From positions 1,312,001 through 1,376,000 of the forward strand of contig CAXXYH010000003.1 in NCBI GenBank assembly GCA_963677925.2: a stretch of DNA of 64,000 nucleotides, read 5' to 3'. Both the position numbers and the translations under genes were made by a program. Shown here one piece after another: positions 19,172 to 29,381 of the stretch. A model generated the notes under the pieces. That model worked only from the letters and a program-made list of their open reading frames with translations. It made no database searches and was not told where the DNA came from. This stretch comes from Spirochaetia bacterium (GTDB lineage Bacteria; Spirochaetota; Spirochaetia; UBA9216). Numbering within the stretch: the stretch's first letter is position 1; every line of letters begins with the position of its first letter.

Positions 19172-20290
19172 ATGGTAAAGGTTGGATTCATCGGATGGAG
19201 AGGCATGGTCGGCTCAGTCCTGATGGAAAGAATGATTACGGAGAAAGACTTCACCGGATATGAGCCCCTGTTTTTTTCAACATCACAGGTTGGCGCAAAA
19301 GGCCCGGAGATCGGAGTTGAAACTCCAGCGCTCGCTGACGCTTTCGATCTCAAAGAACTCGCAAAAATGGATGTTATTGTAACTTGTCAGGGCGGCACAT
19401 ACACAGAAAAAATCCACCCTGAACTTAGAAAAACCGGATGGGACGGCTACTGGATTGACGCCGCATCCACTCTCCGGATGAAAGATAACAGCATCATTGT
19501 TCTTGATCCTGTCAACAGGAATGTAATCGATAACGGACTTAAGACAGGAATAAAAGACTACATCGGCGGAAACTGTACAGTTTCACTTATGCTCATGGCC
19601 CTCGGCGGACTATTTGAAAATGACCTGGTTGAATGGATCACTTCAATGACCTACCAGGCTGCATCTGGCGCCGGCGCAAAGAATATGAGAGAACTTGTCA
19701 AACAGATGCAAATTCTGGGAAATGCTCCGGGTGCAAGCCTTGATGACAATTCATCACCTATCCTTGAGCTAGACAAGACTGTAACCGAAACACTCAGGGA
19801 AGCTTCCTTCCCCACCGAGAACTTCGGCGCACCTCTTGCTGCAAGCCTGATTCCCTGGATAGACAAGAAGATGGACAACGGCCAGACAAAAGAGGAATGG
19901 AAGGGTGTATCAGAGACCAACAAGATTCTCGGGAAACAGGCTTCTCCGATTCCTATCGACGGACAGTGCGTAAGAATAGGTTCAATGCGGTGTCACAGTC
20001 AGGCTTTTACAATCAAACTGAAAAAGGACCTCCCTGTTTCAGAGATCGAATCAATACTGGCTTCACACAATGACTGGGTAAAAGTGGTTCCTAATGAGAA
20101 GGAAGATACACTACGTGATCTTACTCCTGCAAAGACAACAGGAACTCTCACAGTACCGGTTGGAAGAATCAGAAAAATGAATATCGGACCCGGTTACTAC
20201 ACTGCGTTCAGTGTAGGTGATCAGCTCCTCTGGGGAGCAGCAGAACCAATCAGAAGAATGCTGAAGATTGCACTCGAGCATCTTTCTTAA
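19172..20290 (+). CDS. asd: Aspartate-semialdehyde dehydrogenase (gamma-proteobacterial-type, long form)
   Basis: [19 protein letters not shown], catalytic [31 protein letters not shown]. Confidence 0.97.
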   Translation: MVKVGFIGWRGMVGSVLMERMITEKDFTGYEPLFFSTSQVGAKGPEIGVETPALADAFDLKELAKMDVIVTCQGGTYTEKIHPELRKTGWDGYWIDAASTLRMKDNSIIVLDPVNRNVIDNGLKTGIKDYIGGNCTVSLMLMALGGLFENDLVEWITSMTYQAASGAGAKNMRELVKQMQILGNAPGASLDDNSSPILELDKTVTETLREASFPTENFGAPLAASLIPWIDKKMDNGQTKEEWKGVSETNKILGKQASPIPIDGQCVRIGSMRCHSQAFTIKLKKDLPVSEIESILASHNDWVKVVPNEKEDTLRDLTPAKTTGTLTVPVGRIRKMNIGPGYYTAFSVGDQLLWGAAEPIRRMLKIALEHLS

Positions 20291-20307
20291 TTAATCTTTC
20301 AATATAC

Positions 20308-20345
20308 AGGGCTGAGCTGAATTAATCAGGCTCAGCCCTTTTTTT
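20308..20345 (+). terminator. Rho-independent terminator of asd
   Basis: AGGGCTGAGC...GCTCAGCCCT followed by a T run. Confidence 0.85.
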
Positions 20346-20355
20346 ACACCCTATT

Positions 20356-20404
20356 TAGTTGACTATACAACTATCATTATATAAAATAGTTGCATGGACA
20401 ACTA
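20356..20404. promoter_or_regulatory. Two MarR operators TAGTTG-N6-CAACTA
   Basis: Copies at 20356-20373 (over the TTGACT -35) and 20387-20404 (over the marR ATG at 20394). Confidence 0.85.
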
Positions 20405-20846
20405 TAGATCACTTGGGTACATGATGACCAAAGTTCACAGGTATTCAAATATGTATTTTACAGAGGCAATGAAGGATCTTGATCTGCATGGCCCTGGACA
20501 GATTCGAATAGTTATGACTCTGGGCAAACATGATGAAGGTTTAACACAGGAAAAGCTGGCAAAAATATTGATGGTTGATAAGGGCAGCATCTCCAGAATG
20601 ATAAAACCGATGATCTCAAATAAGGTAATCAGAAGAGAAACTGATCCTGATGATCGCAGAGCGTATATTATCAAACTGACCGAAAAGGTTCAGCTGATGA
20701 TGCCGGAAATAAGACTGAGGGCCAGGGAATGGACTTCAGTACTCACTAAGGGACTGAACAGCGATGAAATAGATATGCTGTTTTCACTCCTGGAACGGGT
20801 TGAAACAAATGCTTTACAACACTTGAAGGCGGAGAATAATGAGTAG
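20394..20846 (+). CDS. MarR-family transcriptional regulator
   Basis: TQEKLAKILMVDKGSISRMI, IRRETDPDDRRAYIIKLT. Confidence 0.93.
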   Translation: MDNYRSLGYMMTKVHRYSNMYFTEAMKDLDLHGPGQIRIVMTLGKHDEGLTQEKLAKILMVDKGSISRMIKPMISNKVIRRETDPDDRRAYIIKLTEKVQLMMPEIRLRAREWTSVLTKGLNSDEIDMLFSLLERVETNALQHLKAENNE

Positions 20847-22200
20847 AAAAAAACTGAATCTGGCAGCCGACCCGGTAATCCCGACAATTATTAAAATGGC
20901 AGGAGGTATGCTCTTCGGCTTTCTTGCAATGTCGGCTTTCAATACCGCTGACACATATTTCGTAGGACAGCTGGGAACAACAGAACTGGCAGCAATGAGC
21001 TTCACCTTTCCGGTTATAATGGTACTAAATTCGGTATCACTGGGTATGGGGGTAGGTCTGTCCTCAACTGTTTCAAGGGCAATAGGCTCCGGAAACCATG
21101 ACAAGGTAAAAAGGCTCACTACCGACGGAATGATGTTGTCAATTCTTATAGTGCTGCTTCTTGGAATTCTCGGTATTACAACAATTGATCCTGTGTTCAA
21201 GGCTCTGGGCGCAGGTTCTGAAACCCTGCCTCTTATAAAATCGTATATGTTTATATGGTACTTCGGGTTTCCCTTTGTCGTTATTCCTATGGCTGGCAAT
21301 AATGTAATCAGGGCCACAGGCGATACTCTGACACCAAGTATCAACATGATAATTTCGATGGTGGTTAATGTTATTCTGGATCCACTGCTGATCTTCGGTA
21401 TCGGACCTTTTCCTGAAATGGGAATTGCCGGGGCAGCCCTTGCAACAGTATTCGCCAGAATAAGCTCAATGTTTTTTTCCCTGTACATACTGACATTCAG
21501 AGAAAAACTGCTGTCATTCAAAAGAATAGTATGGAAAAAGACTTTTGAAAGCTGGAAGGAAATTGCTTTTGTAGGATTTCCCGCTGCTGTAGTTCAGGCT
21601 ATCAACCCCTTTTCACTGAGTATCATTACAAGGCTGCTTTCAGGTTACGGTAAGGAGGTTGTCGCCGGGTACGGTGCCGCAAGCAAATTTGAAATGATGA
21701 TTTTGATAATCCCGATGGCAATGTCTGCGGTTATGACACCTTTTACGGGACAGAACTGGGGTGCAAAGCAGATTGACAGAATAAAAAAGGGAATAGCCTT
21801 TACCAGCATAGCATCCATAAGCTGGGGTATCCTTATGTTTATTCTGTTTCAGTTTCTGGCCTCCCCTATACTCTCATTATTCAATGAGCATCCGGAGGTT
21901 ATTAACGCCGGAGCATCATATCTGCGTATAATCAGCATAAGCTACGGATTTTTTGCCATGACAAGCATGGCCAGCATGAGCTTCAACGCCCTGAATAAAC
22001 CGCAGTATGCGGCAGTGGTTACAGTAACAAAGGCATTTATACTGAACATCCCTCTTGCCGTTCTGGGAGGAAAGCTGATGGGAGGAACCGGAATATTCGG
22101 AGCAACAATGCTTACCAACATTATAGGCGGAGCCGGGGGAGTGCTGATGGTACTGCATTTTCTGAAAAAACATTCTGAAGCTAAAGCGGAAGCGGTCTGA
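20839..22200 (+). CDS. MATE family efflux transporter
   Basis: DTYFVGQLG..ELAA, RATGD, NVILDPLLIFG..MGIAGAALAT, GQNWGA; about 12 TM. Confidence 0.94.
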   Translation: MSRKKLNLAADPVIPTIIKMAGGMLFGFLAMSAFNTADTYFVGQLGTTELAAMSFTFPVIMVLNSVSLGMGVGLSSTVSRAIGSGNHDKVKRLTTDGMMLSILIVLLLGILGITTIDPVFKALGAGSETLPLIKSYMFIWYFGFPFVVIPMAGNNVIRATGDTLTPSINMIISMVVNVILDPLLIFGIGPFPEMGIAGAALATVFARISSMFFSLYILTFREKLLSFKRIVWKKTFESWKEIAFVGFPAAVVQAINPFSLSIITRLLSGYGKEVVAGYGAASKFEMMILIIPMAMSAVMTPFTGQNWGAKQIDRIKKGIAFTSIASISWGILMFILFQFLASPILSLFNEHPEVINAGASYLRIISISYGFFAMTSMASMSFNALNKPQYAAVVTVTKAFILNIPLAVLGGKLMGGTGIFGATMLTNIIGGAGGVLMVLHFLKKHSEAKAEAV

Positions 22201-22206
22201 TTATAG

Positions 22207-22238
22207 AGGGGATATCCGGAAAAAACCGAATATCCCCT
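22207..22238. terminator. Stem-loop between convergent MATE and ugd
   Basis: AGGGGATATCCGG-N6-CCGAATATCCCCT. Confidence 0.7.
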
Positions 22239-22265
22239 GGTTCCAGGAAGAGAAATTATATCAAA

Positions 22266-23630
22266 TTACCTGACGTTCAGTATTTCGGGTTCAGGCACAT
22301 TCCGCCGTCCTGATACTGCACAGGAACCTACAGCCTGGAATTTGAATCCGGCTTTTCGGAAGATTTCTTTATCAAGAAAGTTCCTCGTATCAACCAGTAT
22401 CCTGTCATTCATCAGTGTTCCGGCTGTTTCGGCATCAATATCACTGTACTCATCCCAGGCAGTCAGCAGTATGGCTGAATCCGCTCCGGCAAGAGCCTCT
22501 TCCGCTGTTTCGAAGTATGTAACACGTTTATCCTGCAGCTCTGCTGCAAAGTTAATTGATGCTTCAGGGTCATGCGCCTGAACCGAAGCCCCGGCATTCA
22601 GAAGTTCTGATATCACAGGAAATGCTGATGAATCCCTGACATCATCAGTATCTTCCTTGAAAGCAAGTCCCAGCACTGCAACAGTTTTACCTTTTACTGA
22701 TCCGCCGGCAATACCTGCAAGCATAGATAAAACCCTGCGTTTCTGTCTCTCATTTGATACTGTAATCTCACCGATCAAACTGAGATCCAGATTTACTTTT
22801 GATGCTGTTGAAACCAGTCCCTCAATATCTTTTCCGAAGCAGCTGCCGCCGAAACCGGGACCGGCTTTCAGAAAATCAGGACCGATTCTCTTATCCATCC
22901 CTATTCCGGCAGATACTTCTTCAATATCAGCTGAAACAACTTCAGAAATCTCTGCAAGTTCATTTATTACTGCGATCCTTGCGGCGAGCATCACATTGCT
23001 GCCGTATTTAATAAGCTCAGCCGAGGACTGGCAGCATTTGAGAACTGGCACATCTCTTGAAATGATGGGAAAATATATCTCATTCATTTCCCTGAAAGCG
23101 CGTTCAGAATCTGCTCCGAAGACAATCCTGTCCGGATAAAAGAAATCATGTACAGCCGTCCCCTCCCTCAGAAACTCGGGGCAGAATACAAGGTCGAAAT
23201 CATTTGTATCCGCCTCAAAAAGTATTCTTTCCTTCAGCCGCATTGAAGTGCCGGGCGGAACGGTTGATTTTATGACTATCGTTTTATAATCGGAAATATT
23301 TTCCACAACACTGTCCACAGCTTTATTTATCTGACGCAGGTCAACTCTGCCTTCGGAGCTCCGGGGTGTACCCACGGCAATGAAAACTGAATCAGCTTTT
23401 TCCACTGCGGTAGAACAGTCATTGGTAAAATCAATCCGCCCCTCGGTTAATACTGATTTTACAAGCTTTTTAAGTCCGGGTTCATAAAATGGAACAGTTC
23501 CTTTTTTAAGTCCACGGATTCTGCCGTAATCTACATCTACAGCCGTTACCTGATGCCCAAGTTCCGCCAGCCCTGCTGCAGTTACAAGCCCCACATAGCC
23601 TGTACCGATTACTGTAATCTTTTTTTTCAT
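22266..23630 (-). CDS. ugd: UDP-glucose 6-dehydrogenase
   Basis: GTGYVG, KSTVPPG, PEFLREG, catalytic GFGGSCFGKD, GLAFKEDTDDVRDS. Confidence 0.93.
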   Translation of the reverse strand: MKKKITVIGTGYVGLVTAAGLAELGHQVTAVDVDYGRIRGLKKGTVPFYEPGLKKLVKSVLTEGRIDFTNDCSTAVEKADSVFIAVGTPRSSEGRVDLRQINKAVDSVVENISDYKTIVIKSTVPPGTSMRLKERILFEADTNDFDLVFCPEFLREGTAVHDFFYPDRIVFGADSERAFREMNEIYFPIISRDVPVLKCCQSSAELIKYGSNVMLAARIAVINELAEISEVVSADIEEVSAGIGMDKRIGPDFLKAGPGFGGSCFGKDIEGLVSTASKVNLDLSLIGEITVSNERQKRRVLSMLAGIAGGSVKGKTVAVLGLAFKEDTDDVRDSSAFPVISELLNAGASVQAHDPEASINFAAELQDKRVTYFETAEEALAGADSAILLTAWDEYSDIDAETAGTLMNDRILVDTRNFLDKEIFRKAGFKFQAVGSCAVSGRRNVPEPEILNVR

Positions 23631-23795
23631 ATCCTTTTCCTCCCTTTTCTCAAAGGTTAGGATTATTTAAGCGGGATCAGGTTAGCTGGCAATTATTCTA
23701 ATATTAAATTTTGTTTAATCGAATTAACATTATTTATTGTAAACTAACTGCCGTTTAACATTTCTGAAACAAGGCAGGAGTAACCTGCAATTGTT

Positions 23796-24827
23796 ATGAA
23801 TGAAACAAAGAAAACAATTGCATTCGGATGTGCCGGCGAAGGAAGAGGTCACGCGGCAAGAACTATTGCTCTGGCTCAGCAGCTTCAGCCTTACTACCGT
23901 ATTACCATTTTCACACCTTACAGTACTGCCGCATTCATTAAAGAACATCTCCCTGATGCAGAAATTGTAGATATTCCGGTTCTTAATTTCGGGATTGAGG
24001 GACATTCAATCAGCTATATAAAAACATTTACAGATAACATCCCGAAAATTGCAGATGTGGGAACAATAATAAAGACCATCAGAAGAAAGCTGAAAGATCT
24101 TTCAATTGCTGCACTCATATCAGATTTTGAACCCTTTACCTCCATTGCAGCATCCGGGCTTAAGATTCCGGTAATGAACCTCAATCATCCAGGAATAGTA
24201 TTAAAATATTTTTCTATAAAACCGGATGCAGTAGCGGCAAAGATAGGAGCCAGACTGATGATGCCGCCTGCCAACCGTGATTTGATATGTTCATTTTACG
24301 GAGGGGATATCGGACCTATCATCAGGGAGGATATCAAAAGCAGAAGGGTTTCTGATCAGGGATATTTTCTGGTTTACACAAAGCAGGCATCACGAAAAAT
24401 TATTACAGACTGCCTGAAAAATTTCACCGGAATCGATTTCAGGATATTCCCTGATCCTGAAAAGGATTTTGCAGAGGCACTTGCCGGATGTACAGGAGTT
24501 ATTGCTCCCGCAGGACACCAGATGCTCTCCGAAGCCCTGTACTTAAGGAAACCAATCCTGGCCTTCCCGCAGAAGATGCAGTTTGAACAGAGGCTGAATG
24601 CAATAATGCTTGAACGCTCAGGATGGGGGCTTGCCGGAGATATAAACAATGCCGAAAAGTGCATCAGCGGATTCCTGTCTTCGATAAATAATTTTCCCTA
24701 CGCGTGCAGCGAACCGGGCATGTTTAACTTCAACGATTCGACCCTTGCTGCTGTTAACCGCATCAGGACCTTCATCGATACACCCAAACCAGTTAAAAAT
24801 AAACAATTCAATCTTGTCTTTTCCTGA
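23796..24827 (+). CDS. GT-B glycosyltransferase, MJ1255/VC2487-like family
   Basis: GEGRGHAAR, ISDFEP, GPIIR, AGHQMLSEALYLRKP..P...QFEQRLNA. Confidence 0.85.
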   Translation: MNETKKTIAFGCAGEGRGHAARTIALAQQLQPYYRITIFTPYSTAAFIKEHLPDAEIVDIPVLNFGIEGHSISYIKTFTDNIPKIADVGTIIKTIRRKLKDLSIAALISDFEPFTSIAASGLKIPVMNLNHPGIVLKYFSIKPDAVAAKIGARLMMPPANRDLICSFYGGDIGPIIREDIKSRRVSDQGYFLVYTKQASRKIITDCLKNFTGIDFRIFPDPEKDFAEALAGCTGVIAPAGHQMLSEALYLRKPILAFPQKMQFEQRLNAIMLERSGWGLAGDINNAEKCISGFLSSINNFPYACSEPGMFNFNDSTLAAVNRIRTFIDTPKPVKNKQFNLVFS

Positions 24828-24841
24828 CATCCTGCCTGTCT

Positions 24842-24874
24842 GAGCATCAATCTGACCAATTGATGCTCTTTTTT
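24842..24874 (+). terminator. Rho-independent terminator
   Basis: GAGCATCAAT-N7-ATTGATGCTC followed by TTTTTT. Confidence 0.8.
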
Positions 24875-24875
24875 A

Positions 24876-24905
24876 TTGACAATACTGTGCGTTACACATT
24901 ATTAT
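24876..24905 (+). promoter_or_regulatory. Sigma70-type promoter with overlapping PadR-like operator
   Basis: TTGACA (24876)...TATTAT (24900); imperfect palindrome ATACTGTG-N5-CACATTAT at 24882-24902. Confidence 0.65.
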
Positions 24906-24911
24906 ATAGAT

Positions 24912-25250
24912 ATGAATATTGAAGAAAGCAAAGAACTGTTTAACAAACTTGGACAGGAACTGAGAAGGGGCGTACTTGTAATAGCCGTGCTGTCGCTGCT
25001 TGAGAAACAAAAATACGGGTATGAACTTCTTAAAGAAATGAACGATGCAAATTTCTCAATCACTCAGGATACCCTGTATCCGCTTTTAAGACGCCTTGAG
25101 GAGCAGGGACTTTTGCAAAGCGAATGGATCCTCGAAGGCTCCAGACCACGCAAATACTACAGCACCAGTGAAGATGGAGAGCAGATGTACCTGCAGTTAA
25201 AAAAGTACTGGCTTGAACAGAATTCAACTATGGAGGGTATAATAAGATGA
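24912..25250 (+). CDS. PadR-family transcriptional regulator
   Basis: ELRRGVL, YGYELL, TLYPLLRRLEEQGLL.SEW, RPRKYY. ATG 24912 lies just after the -10, so the mRNA may be leaderless. Confidence 0.92.
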   Translation: MNIEESKELFNKLGQELRRGVLVIAVLSLLEKQKYGYELLKEMNDANFSITQDTLYPLLRRLEEQGLLQSEWILEGSRPRKYYSTSEDGEQMYLQLKKYWLEQNSTMEGIIR

Positions 25251-26248
25251 CTTTTAACAGTAAAAGCGAAGATATTTTAAAACGTTACCTGAATGCAGTA
25301 TCAAGGCACCTGCCGATGAAAAAACGTACCGATATATCCAGAGAACTGGAATCAACAATACTTGATATGCTTGAAGAACAGACAGGAACCCCCGATGCTG
25401 AAATAAGTATAGAAGTACTTGAACCGGTATTAAGAAAAGTGGGTAAACCGGCAGCTGTAGCGGGTCGCTACAAAGAGGAAAAGCCTCTTATCAGCAATGA
25501 GCTTATGCCGTTTTTCAAAATGGTGCTTCAGATAGTACTGATAGTCACTTTCTCTGTATCACTTTTGACCGGGATATTCTATATGGGAGAAATGACCGGG
25601 ATGGAAATATTGCAGAGAATCCTTGAGATATTCAGCGCTCTGCTGCAGGTAACCGGTACAGTTTTCATAGTATTCGTAATCATAGAGGAACTGGTAAAAG
25701 ATAAAAGAAGACTTTCTATTGATGACGGAGACTGGAAACTCAGTGAGCTTCCTTCTATCAGAACAAAAGTTCCCGGAAAAACGGAAATAATAGCAACCAT
25801 AGCTGCTGCGGCAGTTTTTATTGTCCTTCTCAACCTGTTTATTTCTAAAATCGGCATATATGATCTCAGTGCTAATCCACCGGTCTTCACACCTGTACTT
25901 TCTCCCTTTATATACAACCTGCTTCCAATATTCACGTTGAGACTTGCCGCTGGGGCTGTAATACTGATTCCTCTTATTGCCGGAAACAGTGTAAACAGAA
26001 ACAGAAGCTATTATTACAGCATTTCGACAGCAGCCCTTGAAATATTTGATATAGGTATGTTTTCAGTACTTCTGTACAGGGGACCCTCTGCCATGCTTAT
26101 GATGAAAGGCTTTGTCAAGGCAGGGCTGTCGGATCTTGTTCCACTGGTCGGAACCTTGTACAGAGGAATTTTACTGCTGCTGATTATTCTGACTCTTATC
26201 AGCATAGTCAGGAAAGTCATAACCATACTGCCTTCCGGCAGAATTTAA
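25247..26248 (+). CDS. PadR-associated membrane protein (HAAS-like N-terminus)
   Basis: RYLNAVSRHLP...DISRELESTI..VL..VGKP..VA..Y followed by several TMs; ATGA overlap with padR. Confidence 0.75.
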   Translation: MTFNSKSEDILKRYLNAVSRHLPMKKRTDISRELESTILDMLEEQTGTPDAEISIEVLEPVLRKVGKPAAVAGRYKEEKPLISNELMPFFKMVLQIVLIVTFSVSLLTGIFYMGEMTGMEILQRILEIFSALLQVTGTVFIVFVIIEELVKDKRRLSIDDGDWKLSELPSIRTKVPGKTEIIATIAAAAVFIVLLNLFISKIGIYDLSANPPVFTPVLSPFIYNLLPIFTLRLAAGAVILIPLIAGNSVNRNRSYYYSISTAALEIFDIGMFSVLLYRGPSAMLMMKGFVKAGLSDLVPLVGTLYRGILLLLIILTLISIVRKVITILPSGRI

Positions 26249-26265
26249 AGAAACAGCAGGTTTAA

Positions 26266-26295
26266 CTGATACAGGCTAAAAAAAGCCTGTATCAG
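26266..26295. terminator. Stem-loop after the PadR operon
   Basis: Perfect 12-bp arms CTGATACAGGCT / AGCCTGTATCAG. Confidence 0.65.
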
Positions 26296-26355
26296 GACAG
26301 TAAATTTGCTCCCGGTATCAGGAATTCATATACTGAAGATATCAGGAGGAAATTA

Positions 26356-26979
26356 ATGAACAGAAAATTTTCTGCAGTATTACTTTTAATTCTGCTGTTC
26401 ACAGCTATAACCGCTTCTGCTGATTCGATCGTTGTAATCAATAAAACAGGATATGACCTCTACTACCTTCAGGTTTCTCCATCAGATTCTGATGAATGGG
26501 GAGAAGATGTTCTTGGTGATGATGTACTGCTTGACGGCGGGAATATAAAACTGGATATCGATGGTTACGATGTCTGCGAGCTTGATATCATGGCCGTGGA
26601 TGAAGAAGATGACGCCTACATAATATGGTCGTTTGACAGCTGCAGCGGAAGCAAGGTTGTCTTCACAATGGACGATCTTTATATAGATGACCCTGAAGGC
26701 GGCGTCCAGGACTTCACCATTCAGAATGATACGGGCTTTGATATCTATTATATCTATGTATCTCCCGACTATGCAGACGACTGGGAAGAGGATGTTCTTG
26801 GTGAGGGCGAAATACTTTCTGCAGGTGACTCATACTTTATCAGCTTTACAGGTTACGGTGATTACTGCAGTTTTGATGTCAGACTGGTTGATGAGGATGG
26901 CGATACCTATACCAAGTGGGGTGTGGATCTCTGCTCAACATATACCCTTTCCATATCTCTGGATGATCTGGACTACTGA
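26356..26979 (+). CDS. Secreted acidic protein with two tandem ~90-aa repeats
   Basis: Signal peptide; the pattern N.TG[YF]D[LI]YY..VSP...D.W.EDVLG...C..D...VDE..D.Y......C occurs twice. Confidence 0.8.
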   Translation: MNRKFSAVLLLILLFTAITASADSIVVINKTGYDLYYLQVSPSDSDEWGEDVLGDDVLLDGGNIKLDIDGYDVCELDIMAVDEEDDAYIIWSFDSCSGSKVVFTMDDLYIDDPEGGVQDFTIQNDTGFDIYYIYVSPDYADDWEEDVLGEGEILSAGDSYFISFTGYGDYCSFDVRLVDEDGDTYTKWGVDLCSTYTLSISLDDLDY

Positions 26980-27023
26980 CGGGTCTTGTAATTCTGCCCT
27001 CCGGAAATGTATGATAGTGGAGA

Positions 27024-29381
27024 ATGAAAGCTAAAGATAATCAAAAACCGGAGCTGCTGGCTCCGGCCGGAAACCTTGAATGTGCAATTGCAGCACTACA
27101 GAGCGGAGCTGATGCGGTCTACGCAGGAATCAGCCGCTTTAACGCCCGGGAGATGGGCGAAAATTTTACCTTTGATGACATGTCCAGACTGTCAGCACAT
27201 GCCAAAAAACTCGGAAGAAAACTCTATCTGACCCTTAATACCCTCATCAAGGAAAATGAACTTGAAGATTTCGGGCGCTCAGTTGAAAAGATAGCAGGAC
27301 TGGAACCTGATGCGGTTATAATACAGGACATAGGCGCTGCTCTGTTTTTAAAAAAATATTTCCCGCAGCTTACCCTCCACGGCTCAACCCAGATGGGAAT
27401 ACACAACAGCGCCGGGGTTAAGACTGCCCAATCCTTCGGTATAGAACGCGTGATACTCGAACGCCAGATTACCATGACCGAACTTTCATCTATTGTAGAT
27501 GCTTCGCCTCTTGAGATAGAAGTCTTTGTTCACGGAGCGCTGTGCTGCTCTGTATCGGGGCACTGTCTCTTTTCATCATGGATGGGAGGCTGGAGCGGAA
27601 ACAGGGGGCGGTGCAAACAGCCCTGCCGCAGGCGCTTTCACAGCGATGAAAACGGAACAAAAAAAAGCGGATTCTTCTTCAGCACCCAGGATTATTACAG
27701 CCTGGATATGCTGGATGAACTCACAGAAGCCGGTGTTTCTTCACTTAAAATTGAAGGCCGCCTGAAGAAGGCTGACTATGTGAAGAACGTTGTGACAGCC
27801 TACAGGATGATGCTTGACTGCGACAGAAGCCAGCGCAGCAGGACCCTTGGCGAAGCAAGGAATATTCTTTCAAATTCATACGGCAGAAAATGGTCGCACG
27901 GGTTCATGTCTGAAGATGATATGGCCGGTCTTATTCATTACGAATCACCGGGTGTATCGGGTATGCTGGCCGGAGAGGTGGTAAAGACTGCCAACGGCGG
28001 CTTTACAGCTTCTGTAAGCCGGCGTCTTCATATCGGCGACAGAATCAGAATACAGACAAAAACAGGAGATGAGGGTCCTGCATTTACAATAACTAAGATG
28101 AACAGGAACCGTCAGCCTGTTAACCTTGCAGTTAAGGGCGACAAGGTTTTCATCAACTGCGACAAGGAAATTGCACAAAGCGGACGTATTTATAAAATTG
28201 GGGATACTTCAAAGGAGGCTGTAAAAGTTCCGAAGGATCTTCCTCTGTACTCCAGGCCTGCAGAAATCGACATCAGCATAAAGGTAAATACTTCCGGAAT
28301 GCAAATTTCGATCAGCGGTGTAAATGGAGCGGCACCCGGAACGGCCCTTGTCTGGGAAGACCTCAGTGAAATTGACACTGCGGAGCAGCATCCGCTTTCG
28401 GAAGAAAATTTACAGGAGGCCTTTACTGCAACAAGGGAAGCCGGAATACGGCTTGGAAACCTGAATGCAGAAATTACAGGCGAACTGTTCTTACCCGCGG
28501 GAAGACTTAAAAAGCTTCGCCGGGGCTTCTGGGAATGGGCTGTTGAGCAGATGGCTCCCCTTCTGGATTCAAAGAAGGTCAGCAGCTGGCTTGAACAGTT
28601 TAATCATGATCAGAGCAAAAAAGAAGAATTGAGGAGAATCAGTATAAGCGAAGAGGCAGAGCATGAGCAGACTGTTTACAACCCCGGCAACAGGGTCCGG
28701 AATACCGGGCTTTCGGATATAGTTAGAGCAGCAGATTTAACGAAGGCTGCAAAGAGCGGAGAAGAATTGCTTCTGCCATTCTTCTGTCCAGAATCACGGC
28801 TTGCTGATCTGAAAGAAGAAATAATTAACGCCTACCGAATGGGTATCAGAAGATTCAGAATTTCATCCATAGCACATATAAACCTTTTGAAGGAAGCAGG
28901 GATTACGAAAGGCGGAATTAACACAGAAGGAGTTTCTGAACCGGAGATATTTATCAGTACCGGATTTCCGCTGGCTGCTGCAAACAGCTACGCGGCTGAA
29001 CAGCTTAAAACAGCGGGAGCAGATAAGGTTCAGTTATGGCTGGAACTTGATCATGAGGCAGTAACAGAAGCGCTCAAGTACTGGCCAGTAAAAGCTGAGA
29101 TATACAGAAAGGGAAAGCCCTTCCTGCTTGCCACCAGGGCATCGGTGTCTGTTGAAGGAAGCATCAACGACAGCCGTGGAAAGTTCTTTACTGTTGAGAC
29201 ACCGGCACAGCGGGATATAGATTATTCGGGCCATGACAAGCCGGGTTTTCTGTCATGCATTTTCCCTCAGGAAGTGCTTGCGCTTCCGGAACAGAAGGGC
29301 TGCTCATCCTTTTATGATTTCAGCCGTGTAAACCCCGGAGATAAAGAGACGGAGTTTAACTATGATTTCTCTCTCATTTAA
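27024..29381 (+). CDS. U32 'peptidase' family Fe-S hydroxylase (RlhA/TrhP-like, long form)
   Basis: PELLAPAG, GADAVY, HGSTQ, EVFVHGALCCSVSGHCLFS..GG.SGNRGRCKQPCRR, SLKIEGR. Confidence 0.9.
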   Translation: MKAKDNQKPELLAPAGNLECAIAALQSGADAVYAGISRFNAREMGENFTFDDMSRLSAHAKKLGRKLYLTLNTLIKENELEDFGRSVEKIAGLEPDAVIIQDIGAALFLKKYFPQLTLHGSTQMGIHNSAGVKTAQSFGIERVILERQITMTELSSIVDASPLEIEVFVHGALCCSVSGHCLFSSWMGGWSGNRGRCKQPCRRRFHSDENGTKKSGFFFSTQDYYSLDMLDELTEAGVSSLKIEGRLKKADYVKNVVTAYRMMLDCDRSQRSRTLGEARNILSNSYGRKWSHGFMSEDDMAGLIHYESPGVSGMLAGEVVKTANGGFTASVSRRLHIGDRIRIQTKTGDEGPAFTITKMNRNRQPVNLAVKGDKVFINCDKEIAQSGRIYKIGDTSKEAVKVPKDLPLYSRPAEIDISIKVNTSGMQISISGVNGAAPGTALVWEDLSEIDTAEQHPLSEENLQEAFTATREAGIRLGNLNAEITGELFLPAGRLKKLRRGFWEWAVEQMAPLLDSKKVSSWLEQFNHDQSKKEELRRISISEEAEHEQTVYNPGNRVRNTGLSDIVRAADLTKAAKSGEELLLPFFCPESRLADLKEEIINAYRMGIRRFRISSIAHINLLKEAGITKGGINTEGVSEPEIFISTGFPLAAANSYAAEQLKTAGADKVQLWLELDHEAVTEALKYWPVKAEIYRKGKPFLLATRASVSVEGSINDSRGKFFTVETPAQRDIDYSGHDKPGFLSCIFPQEVLALPEQKGCSSFYDFSRVNPGDKETEFNYDFSLI

